Below the pieces are notes generated by a model that made no database searches, was not told the origin of the DNA, and saw only the letters and a list, made by a program, of their open reading frames with translations. Of a DNA stretch of 32,277 nt, positions 7,421 to 15,127 are shown in pieces (within the stretch, counting starts at the first letter, position 1; every line of letters begins with the position of its first letter). The position numbers and the translations under genes were made by a program. The stretch comes from an uncultured Candidatus Saccharibacteria bacterium (GTDB lineage: Bacteria > Patescibacteriota > Minisyncoccia > CAYVXU01): positions 1 to 32,277 of the forward strand of contig CAYVXU010000009.1 in assembly GCA_964454705.1 (NCBI GenBank). The letters run 5' to 3'.

Positions 7421-7437
7421 TACTTTTTGACAAATAA

Positions 7438-10374
7438 TCAGGGTAGAAGCGCAGGAAGTAAGGGGGTATTGAGATCAAATGAGAGAATACGATTCTGGTA
7501 GGAGTTTGGATCAGCAGAATTCAGTTGCCATCTATCGGTGACAATTCCTATGACATGGTTGTTGAATAGATTCGCATTATTCCGCCCGCTGTAAAGAGGT
7601 TTAATGGTCTGCGGCTGATAGAGATAGTGCAGGCCTCCAAGTGCCTGTTCCTCGCCTGGATCAACCCGCGCGGAGCGATACTCCCAACGCACTCCTATGC
7701 TGGACGAACGCCATATCCCTATTTTTCCATTCACTGTGGCAACAAGCACGAGATTGCCTTGAGAGTCGCCCCGATCGCCAATAAGCGCGCCCGGCCAACC
7801 CGGGGCAACGTTATTTGTATCTGCAATAAAATTTGGTCTCCACCCCGATGCCTCATCTGCTACATAGAATCCCTTACGCGCGTAGGCGCCATGCGGGGCG
7901 GATGCTCCCCACTCCGGATTTGCCCGGAAGTACGCAACCATAGTTCCTTCGTACCGCAAAAGATCAATGCCTAGACATCCGTCCCTGTTGTCATTGGGCG
8001 GAGGGGTAATGCGGTTTTCCGGAACGGTACAGAGCGTAGTGCGCGTCCACGATCTCCCCCGGTCAGACGAAACTGCGATATCGACATGGCGATAGAGGTG
8101 AGGAGAGGGTGACTCGCTATGAAAATTACGCCATACGGTAGTGAGGTAATAGAGCCGCCCGTCATCGCGCTGGCTGAACGCTCCGTAACTAGCCCCCACC
8201 CCCTCACAGCCCGCCTGTGTGGACGCATTGCAGTGCGCAGAAGTGTGTACACTCGGCACTTCATATGCTTGTTCCCAGCGCCCCGGCGTTGTTTCATAAT
8301 TATATCGCGCCGCCATTAGATGCGAGGGAAAGTCATTATTTAAAATGTAGAATCCTATATAGAGCGCGCTCTCGACGCGGCTCGAGAACCCCGCGAGGCG
8401 CTGGAGACAGATTTCGAGAGTGGATTTTCCCGGAAAGAGCTGGTTGCCAAGTTGCGAGTGATCATATTCTTCGAGTAATATCGCACTGCGTGCAAATATA
8501 TTCGCGGTACTTCCTATCCAGTGGCGAAGATTACTCCCGGTACGACAGCCTCCCTCGGCCCGATCAAGAATTATGTGGATATTCTCGTTGCGATCCGCGA
8601 GCAATAACGGTGTTCCGCCAGGCCCGATAACTACGGAGCCGAGTGATACTTCTTGCCATACAGAGGCTCCATATGGCTTAAAGTGAAGATCGTAGTAGGC
8701 ACGGGAAGGTATTGTAGATGGGCTCGGCACGAGAGAAAAGATACCCCGTGTGGTAGCTACCGATCGCGGAGACCCTTCGGCCCAGGTGAGAATTACTCCG
8801 TTTTCAAGCCGTGCCGGTGCCACCTCGGTAAAGGTAGCAGCGATAGACGGAGGCGCAACTACTCTAATGGAAACATTGGCAGACGCTTCTCCGAAAAGCC
8901 CTGTATCTTTGCGGTGCATTTGCCAGCGAAAATCATATGAAGTATCGGTGGTCACCACGGGCGCGGTAATATCAAATGAAAATGTCACGCCCACCCCGGG
9001 GTTTACGTTCGCAGGAAGTACTACCCGGCGTACTCCCCATGTCCGGATATCCTCGTTTGCATCGGCTGGAATTATTGACTTGAGTACATACGTAGCAGGA
9101 TCATCTACTGTCCATGATACAAGCCCCTCACACGCTCCATTGGGTCGGCAGTTTTTCATAGTAAGACTGACTCTGCGCATTTCTCCCGAGTTGATGGTAA
9201 TGGGCACGTTTTGGCTTACAAATGTACCCGCGTAAATAGTCGGGGAAGGAATAGGGGTAACCGTAGGTGTGGGTGAGAGACTTGGAGTAGGAGACGGCGA
9301 AGGGGTGGGAGGGGATACAGAGGAGGTATGGAATGAGTAAGATACACTCGCCCGTTGGTTTCCCGCAGCATCACGCGAAATAACCCTGAACGGGTAGAGT
9401 ATATTGGGACGCAGATTTGAAGTATTAATACTATGCGTGAGTGTTCGCTCGTTCACACGTGGCGTGAGACATCCGGTTGACGGGCACGGATTAAGAAATT
9501 CTGCCTGTGCGTCGGCAGGCTCGTTGGTCGTCCATTGGATACGGCCAGAGAATGCAGTGATATTGGTAACCGCAACACCAAAAATAGTAGGGGGAGTGGT
9601 ATCAGAAAGCGGAGTGGGAGTTGGGGTAGGGGAGGATATCGGCGTTGGAGAGGGGCTTGCCGCCGTGGAGGACGAAGGGTTTGGCGAAGGGGTAACCGTG
9701 GGGGAAGGACTTGCCTGCGGTGAGGAAGTCGGTGACGGTGACGGAGTGGGGGATGCGGGAGGAGTTGGCATCGGGAGCGATTCACTGGTTGCATAATAAT
9801 TAAATTCTGTTTCATTCACTACGGTGATGTCTTCGAATGAAAACCTATGGGCATGGAAAGTCGCGAGGTCTGGAATCCAGCTTTTTGAATCATAGAGAAC
9901 AAGGTAGACCCGCGCATCTCCCGCCCGTGCAATAAGTTGCGATTCTTCATAGGAGTCGAGCTCCTCACTTGAAGTAATATAGATATCCGAAAACCGGTTT
10001 CCATACGATTTAAAAACCTCTGCCGTGGGGACGTGGTGAGTTCTTCCCTTGGGGGTAAGATAATACACCTCCTCTTCATCTTCGGCTCGCAGCAGTGCCA
10101 CGCGCGGATGGCGGTTGAGCTCTTGCACTGAAACAGTGCGGATGTGAGAAAACTGGTATCCTTTTTCCCGAAATAGCTCGATAGTAGGAATCCAGTGCCT
10201 CCTGCCGTCGGGGAGAATCTCCCATACCCGCGTGTCTCCTTCTGCACGCACCAGTATTGATTCCGCACGCGCGCGAGCGGGCAATTGGCGCGGTACTACG
10301 TGCAGCACTATCACTGCCGCAACTAAACCCTCTAAAAAGATCGTGGGTAAATATCTAACATATGAATGGCGCAT
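7438..10374 (-). CDS. Large multidomain surface protein (N-terminal ~50-aa repeats, FN3-like, NBR1-FW-like Ig, sialidase/BNR-like C-terminal region)
   Basis: 978 aa with a signal anchor. It has three ~50-aa repeats, PT-rich linkers (about 9590-9760 and 9240-9330), an FN3-like segment (IFGVAVTNITAFSGRIQWTTNEP), the motif FRWQMHRKDTGLFGE, and one Asp-box (SSDRGRSW). Confidence 0.85.
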   Translation of the reverse strand: MRHSYVRYLPTIFLEGLVAAVIVLHVVPRQLPARARAESILVRAEGDTRVWEILPDGRRHWIPTIELFREKGYQFSHIRTVSVQELNRHPRVALLRAEDEEEVYYLTPKGRTHHVPTAEVFKSYGNRFSDIYITSSEELDSYEESQLIARAGDARVYLVLYDSKSWIPDLATFHAHRFSFEDITVVNETEFNYYATSESLPMPTPPASPTPSPSPTSSPQASPSPTVTPSPNPSSSTAASPSPTPISSPTPTPTPLSDTTPPTIFGVAVTNITAFSGRIQWTTNEPADAQAEFLNPCPSTGCLTPRVNERTLTHSINTSNLRPNILYPFRVISRDAAGNQRASVSYSFHTSSVSPPTPSPSPTPSLSPTPTVTPIPSPTIYAGTFVSQNVPITINSGEMRRVSLTMKNCRPNGACEGLVSWTVDDPATYVLKSIIPADANEDIRTWGVRRVVLPANVNPGVGVTFSFDITAPVVTTDTSYDFRWQMHRKDTGLFGEASANVSIRVVAPPSIAATFTEVAPARLENGVILTWAEGSPRSVATTRGIFSLVPSPSTIPSRAYYDLHFKPYGASVWQEVSLGSVVIGPGGTPLLLADRNENIHIILDRAEGGCRTGSNLRHWIGSTANIFARSAILLEEYDHSQLGNQLFPGKSTLEICLQRLAGFSSRVESALYIGFYILNNDFPSHLMAARYNYETTPGRWEQAYEVPSVHTSAHCNASTQAGCEGVGASYGAFSQRDDGRLYYLTTVWRNFHSESPSPHLYRHVDIAVSSDRGRSWTRTTLCTVPENRITPPPNDNRDGCLGIDLLRYEGTMVAYFRANPEWGASAPHGAYARKGFYVADEASGWRPNFIADTNNVAPGWPGALIGDRGDSQGNLVLVATVNGKIGIWRSSSIGVRWEYRSARVDPGEEQALGGLHYLYQPQTIKPLYSGRNNANLFNNHVIGIVTDRWQLNSADPNSYQNRILSFDLNTPLLPALLP

Positions 10375-10380
10375 AGAGTG

Positions 10381-10386
10381 ATTATA
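10381..10386 (-). promoter_or_regulatory. -10 box (TATAAT) 6 nt upstream of ATG 10374
   Basis: Perfect TATAAT on the minus strand, then CACTCT, then ATG. There is no SD and no clear -35. It sits just downstream of a terminator. Confidence 0.45.
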
Positions 10387-10395
10387 CCTTTTTTT

Positions 10396-10432
10396 GAAAA
10401 AGAAGAGGCGCAGTCTGTTGATAACTGCGCCT
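10396..10432 (-). terminator. Intrinsic terminator after the 10432 gene
   Basis: 8-bp perfect stem AGGCGCAG / CTGCGCCT (10406-10413, 10425-10432), followed on the minus strand by CTTCTTTTTC. The stem overlaps the stop codon at 10432-10434. Confidence 0.7.
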
Positions 10433-11117
10433 CACGCGGTAAGCTGTATCGCTGCAGCAGGGGGTGTACACTGCGCTTCTATTGCCTGGAATGTTTCGCG
10501 CACGATGGTAGCCGGATCTGTATTCCAGTTGAGATACACCACCACCGGAATCCGGAGCTGGCGTTTTTTTGCGATCCGGTAGATGCGCTCGCTAAAACGT
10601 CGAGCTGCCCGTTTGGTGCTTTTGATTTGCAACGGAATTTCTTGTCCGTTTGCCATGCGCACAAACGCATCACACTTTTCGTACTCTTCCATCGCAGTAG
10701 CACGGCGCATTCCCGCGTACCATGCAGGGAGTATAATCCCCTCCCTCTGGAGCACCTCGTCCTTAAATGCATGAAAGAACCGTTCTTCAACCAATCTTCC
10801 CTGATAGTAGTACGGGCAGTCCTGGCAAGCAAGAAGATGCCGGCCAAGAAACTCATCATCTCCCAGAACGAGGTAGTGTGATGCATCTGTGCCATCACCC
10901 GTGCAAGAAAGCGGTTAATGGCCCGCTGTGCCTCTAAGCAGGTAAGCGAAATATATCCTGCGCGGACGCGCTGGAGTCGGCGAACCTTAATGGTGCGTCG
11001 CTTTACCTTTCGAACTTTTCTCGCTTCCCGTACGAGCTGAAGTTCGAACTTCTCCACGTTATCTTCGTACTCCGAGAGGTCCTGCGGGCATTCACCCGCA
11101 AAAAGATTGATTCGCAC
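10432..11117 (-). pseudogene. Hypothetical protein gene split by an apparent -1 frame break (track ORFs 10479..11186 and 10432..10794); possible PD-(D/E)xK-like C-terminal half
   Basis: SD AGGAGGTG plus GTG 11117 opens VRINLFAGECPQDL...RFLARVMAQMHH. The -1 frame, which has no start codon of its own for 120 nt, continues as YLVLGDDEFLGRHLLACQDCPYYYQGRLVEERFF...CDAFVRMANGQEIPLQIKST... to TGA 10432. Confidence 0.6.
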
Positions 11118-11157
11118 ACTCTTACACCTCCTAGTTTTGGTTTTAAGGAACAGTACT

Positions 11158-11186
11158 ATCATACCATAACGAATAATAAAGTGCAA
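11158..11186 (-). promoter_or_regulatory. Sigma70-like promoter for the 11117 gene
   Basis: Minus strand TTGCAC (11181-11186), 17-nt spacer, TATGAT (11158-11163). This leaves a ~33-nt leader containing the SD. Confidence 0.65.
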
Positions 11187-11187
11187 T

Positions 11188-11253
11188 CCCGTTAGAGAAA
11201 AGCCGCCCCTAGCGGCTGCCGCCGTGCCTTCGGCGGGGCGGTTCTCTAACGGG
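11188..11253 (+). repeat. 66-nt GC-rich multi-hairpin palindromic element, copy 1
   Basis: Outer 12-bp stem CCCGTTAGAGAA / TTCTCTAACGGG encloses two hairpins (AGCCGC..GCGGCT and CCGCCG-TGCCTT-CGGCGG). It is 63/66 identical to the reverse complement of 22238-22303 and sits exactly between two divergent -35 boxes. Confidence 0.85.
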
Positions 11254-11258
11254 AAAAA

Positions 11259-11287
11259 TTGACTTCGCGAACATGCGTTGGTAGGAT
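11259..11287 (+). promoter_or_regulatory. Candidate promoter of the GT2 operon
   Basis: TTGACT (11259-11264), 17-nt spacer, TAGGAT (11282-11287). Confidence 0.45.
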
Positions 11288-11350
11288 ACGTTCTTAGGCA
11301 TATTTTAAAGCATAAATGTTCGGAGGGAAATTTCCGGGCATTTTTTATTC

Positions 11351-12688
11351 ATGCACCTCGCTCGCGACACCGCACCGAATTTTTCCGCTCTTTTCCTTCG
11401 CGCTCCCTTTTCTTTTATTACCCGCGTTCTTATACAGGGTGTGCTGGTACTCCTTGCGGGTATAATTCTCGTCCTCCTCGTTCTTTTTAAGTCAATCACC
11501 TCTCCTCAATTCGAAGCCGCACCTCTCCTTTTTTCCTACACATTTTTTGTGGTTCTCTTTCAGCTTTCCCGGCTTATTGCCGCCACACTCTACCCAAAAA
11601 CCCGCTCGGATATCTATGTCACTATCCCGGCAGGATACGAACCTTCGGTGTCGATTATTATTCCCTGCAAAAATGAAGAGATGGTGATTGCCGATACGGT
11701 TGCGCATGCTTTCGGTGTGGCATACCCGCAGGAGAAACTTGAAGTAATTGTTATTGACGACGGCAGTACCGATCACACGTATGAGCGCTTGCAGGAGCTT
11801 CACACGCAGTATCCGCGCCTGCGGGTAATTCGCTGGGGCGAAAACAGGGGCAAGCGTGCCGCAATGGCAGAGGGGTTCCGCCACGCCTCCGGCGAGATAG
11901 TAGTACAGCTCGATAGCGATAGCTATGTAGAGGCCCGGTCTTTTCGCAACCTCATCACTCCCTTTGCCCATGCGGAAATAGGAGCTCTCTGTGCGCATAC
12001 CCACCCTGCCAATATGGGTAAAAACATCATCACCAAAATGCAGGCGGCGTACTATTTTATGTCGTTTCGTATTCTTAAGGCCGCGGAGGCATCATTTCTT
12101 ACCGTACTGTGCTGCAGCGGATGCGCCGCGGCATACCGCAGGTCCGCCGTACTTCCTATCCTTGAGCACTGGGTGCACGAGACATTTCTTGGCCGGCCGG
12201 TTACGTGGGGCGATGACCGCGCGCTCACGAGCTGGGTATTGAAAAGCGGCTACCAAACGTTTTATACGGATCGGGTAGTCGCATACACCCTTGTTCCCAC
12301 CACTTTTTCCGGCCTTGTGCGCCAGCAAATTCGCTGGAAAAAATCATGGGTTGTAAACGCATTCCTCACCTCTGGTTTTCTCTTCCGTACCCGGCCGTTC
12401 GTGAGCGTCTTCTATTTTTTCCCGCTTATCTTTATCTCACTCGCAAGCCCCTTTATGGCTTTTTATTCAGTAATGTATCAGCCGCTTGTTACTGCCCGGC
12501 CGCCTCTTTTCTACCTTACCGGTATTTTTCTTATTAGCTCCCTTTTTATCGTGTACTACCGGATTGTGTCCCGGAATCGCTACTGGCTCTATCTCTATCT
12601 GTGGTTTTTCGCGTATCTTACGGTATTCACCTATTTGTTTTTCATTGCGATCGTCCGGTTACAAGATCGGCGATGGGGCACGCGCTAA
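11351..12688 (+). CDS. Processive family-2 glycosyltransferase of the HasA / NodC / chitin-synthase type
   Basis: IIIPCKNEE, VIVIDDGSTDHT, NRGKRAAMAEGF, LDSDSY, CSGCAAAYRR, WGDDRALT and QQIRWKKSW occur in the same order as in class I hyaluronan synthase and NodC (from memory). TM helices flank the catalytic domain. Confidence 0.9.
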   Translation: MHLARDTAPNFSALFLRAPFSFITRVLIQGVLVLLAGIILVLLVLFKSITSPQFEAAPLLFSYTFFVVLFQLSRLIAATLYPKTRSDIYVTIPAGYEPSVSIIIPCKNEEMVIADTVAHAFGVAYPQEKLEVIVIDDGSTDHTYERLQELHTQYPRLRVIRWGENRGKRAAMAEGFRHASGEIVVQLDSDSYVEARSFRNLITPFAHAEIGALCAHTHPANMGKNIITKMQAAYYFMSFRILKAAEASFLTVLCCSGCAAAYRRSAVLPILEHWVHETFLGRPVTWGDDRALTSWVLKSGYQTFYTDRVVAYTLVPTTFSGLVRQQIRWKKSWVVNAFLTSGFLFRTRPFVSVFYFFPLIFISLASPFMAFYSVMYQPLVTARPPLFYLTGIFLISSLFIVYYRIVSRNRYWLYLYLWFFAYLTVFTYLFFIAIVRLQDRRWGTR

Positions 12689-14256
12689 GTATGCTCACGC
12701 GACTCGCACGAAGAAATAAACAGGTATATAGCACGATACTTGTGGTGACGATCGCCGGCTTTGTGGGAGGAAGCGTATGGGTAAGAGAGACCTATCATGT
12801 GAGTACCGACGACCTGCGATTTGCAGCAAATTACGCGCAGTACGTGCAGTACGTATTTGCGATGCGCGGAGTCCGCATGAACTCCCACGTACGCGCAACC
12901 ACCGAAGATGAGGTAATGCTTCCTGCAACATCAGTTCCTGTGCTTTTGTACCACGGGGTAGTGGAATCTCACGACGGATCCAATGTAACGAGAAACCAGT
13001 TTGAAGCACACATGCGCACACTCGCGGGAGCCGGGTACGAGACGATCGGCATAGAAGAGTTTTATGATTTTGTGCGCGGTACACGAACGGTTCCGCAAAA
13101 ATCGTTTCTTCTTGCATTTGACGATAGCCGCAAAGACAGCTACTACCCTGTGGACCCGCTTCTCAAAGCGCTCGGCTTTCGAGCAGTGATGTTCACCATC
13201 ACCGGACGCTCATTGGGAAGTGAGCGGTTCCGCAGCGCCTTTCATCTTACCGCGCGCGAACTGGGCGTGATGCACCGCTCGGGCCGGTGGGATATTGAGT
13301 CGCACGGAAAGGACGACCACGAGCTTGAAACGGTGGAGTCGGATGGCTCCGCCGGGCACTTCCTCGCCAATGCCCGATGGCTCGCACATGAGCAGAGAAT
13401 GGAGACGCGCGATGAATATCGCGCGCGCATAGCAGATGATCTAGCCGCATCGAAACATGATATCGAACGTGCGTTGGGGAAAAAACTGATCGGGTTCGCG
13501 TTTCCATTCGGTGATTATGGGCAGAACGAGACAAATCTGCCGGGAGCGAAAGAAATACTCCTTGCAGAGCTGCGGAACGTATATCCTCTCGCGTTTTATC
13601 AATCATTCCTTCCCAATGAGCGGCGCAACTACCCGTATCGGAATTCCTTTATGGCAACCCGTATTGTCGTCCGTCCTGAATGGGATGAAAAAAAGCTCCT
13701 TGCGCTCATCGAGGCAAGCGGCGATAAAGCGCTTCCTTATGAAGACGCTATTGCCAACGATAACGGCTGGTACTCTCCGTGGGGCATTCAACGGGTGGAA
13801 AACGGCGCACTTACGATTGAAGCTGAACCAAGCGAAGCCGGCGCCTCTGCATTTCTCGATGGCACATACTTATGGCAACGCTACAGCGCCATCGCCGATA
13901 TCACCGCTCATCCTTCATCTACTGTTTCAATCGTTGCGCACGCGAATGAAACCGAACAACTCTCCTGCGTACTGCAGAGGCGCGCGATATCACTGCGGGT
14001 ACAGCGCGGTGCCGCTGAAGAAACACTCCTTACGTGGTATACTGACTTTGACATGCTGTATTCCACCCCAATTTCCCTGGGCATTTCCCTCGGGAAAAAC
14101 GGCGTAAAATGCCTTTGGGAGAACCATACCATGCTCCACCTGCACACGAGTGCAGGCATGCCTTCACAAGGAGGAGTGGGAGTAAAGGTATGGAGCGATA
14201 ATCCGCAAGCCCGGTCTCTCACGCTCGAACACATGCGCGTTGAAAGGGTTAAGTAA
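12673..14256 (+). CDS. Membrane-anchored polysaccharide deacetylase (CE4) with a C-terminal jelly-roll-like domain
   Basis: LAFDDSRKD, ESHGKDDH and FAFPFGDYG CE4 motifs, plus a ~200-aa beta-rich C-terminal domain. The start is ATG 12673 (16-nt overlap with the GT2 gene) or ATG 12691 (2 nt after its TAA); the track start 12601 is unlikely. Confidence 0.85.
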   Translation: MGHALSMLTRLARRNKQVYSTILVVTIAGFVGGSVWVRETYHVSTDDLRFAANYAQYVQYVFAMRGVRMNSHVRATTEDEVMLPATSVPVLLYHGVVESHDGSNVTRNQFEAHMRTLAGAGYETIGIEEFYDFVRGTRTVPQKSFLLAFDDSRKDSYYPVDPLLKALGFRAVMFTITGRSLGSERFRSAFHLTARELGVMHRSGRWDIESHGKDDHELETVESDGSAGHFLANARWLAHEQRMETRDEYRARIADDLAASKHDIERALGKKLIGFAFPFGDYGQNETNLPGAKEILLAELRNVYPLAFYQSFLPNERRNYPYRNSFMATRIVVRPEWDEKKLLALIEASGDKALPYEDAIANDNGWYSPWGIQRVENGALTIEAEPSEAGASAFLDGTYLWQRYSAIADITAHPSSTVSIVAHANETEQLSCVLQRRAISLRVQRGAAEETLLTWYTDFDMLYSTPISLGISLGKNGVKCLWENHTMLHLHTSAGMPSQGGVGVKVWSDNPQARSLTLEHMRVERVK

Positions 14257-15119
14257 TGTCTAAATTTTTTCTTATTCCTGTTTTTGCACTGGGTGCCGCC
14301 GTCGCGGCAGGGATACTTCAGTTTCAGGGCGAACCCCCGAGTGAGTTTTTTTCATCGCTTCGTGCGCGTTCGTATGTGCCGGCCTATACCCCTGTACTTC
14401 AGGATTCGTTTGATACTGCGTTATCTCTCGAAGAAACATCGCGCCCGGCGTTGAGCCGCAGTAACGTGTGGTGGGTGAACTCTGGAGCCATGCTTCGCGC
14501 CGAGAACGGCGTGGGCGCAACTGTGCACGGCGAACTTCCGGCAGATTCGAGGTGGCGAAGTATCTACCGCGCCACGAATGCAGTTGACACCGATGAGGGC
14601 GCGCACCCCCAAAATATCTTCCGCCTCGTTACCCGCAGTACCGCGAAAAATCTTCGCCAGGAACTCTACTTTTTAATAACACGTATACACGCGAGCGAAA
14701 GCCCGCGCAGAAATGCCTCGAACGGCGTGTTCCTTTTTAATCGCTACCGTAATGGTGACAACCTCTACTACACGGGGCTGCGAGTGGATGGCGGCGCAGT
14801 GATTAAACGAAAAAAGAACGGTGTGTATTCTATACTCGCGTATAAAAAGATTTTTTCAGGCTCGTACGAGCGGGAAAATAATCCTTCACTGCTGCCGTCC
14901 GGCACATGGCTGGGGATACGGAGCGAAGTCGAAAATACAGCCGATGGCTCTGTAGTTGTCCGACTTTTTTTTGATGAGCAACGTAACGGCAGGTGGAAAA
15001 AAGTCCTCGAGGTAGCGGATAAAGGCGAAGCGGCAATCCGTGAAGAAGGCTTTGCCGGCATCCGCACCGATTTTATGGATGCGGTGTTTGATGATTACAG
15101 ACTTTTTCTTGCCCACTGA
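14256..15119 (+). CDS. Secreted ConA/LamG-like beta-sandwich protein (hypothetical), third gene of the GT2 operon
   Basis: TAATG overlap with the upstream stop. Signal anchor and a beta-rich pattern ending in GFAGIRTDFMDAVFDDYRLF. Confidence 0.7.
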   Translation: MSKFFLIPVFALGAAVAAGILQFQGEPPSEFFSSLRARSYVPAYTPVLQDSFDTALSLEETSRPALSRSNVWWVNSGAMLRAENGVGATVHGELPADSRWRSIYRATNAVDTDEGAHPQNIFRLVTRSTAKNLRQELYFLITRIHASESPRRNASNGVFLFNRYRNGDNLYYTGLRVDGGAVIKRKKNGVYSILAYKKIFSGSYERENNPSLLPSGTWLGIRSEVENTADGSVVVRLFFDEQRNGRWKKVLEVADKGEAAIREEGFAGIRTDFMDAVFDDYRLFLAH

Positions 15120-15127
15120 CCGCACGT

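Noticed and set aside
11188-11253. Integron attC site: the arms contain GTTAGAG / CTCTAAC, close to the R' GTTRRRY and R'' RYYYAAC cores.
   Set aside because: The outermost position of each core mismatches the consensus. There is no intI gene, no attI, and no array of short promoterless cassettes. The two copies are 11 kb apart and in opposite orientation.
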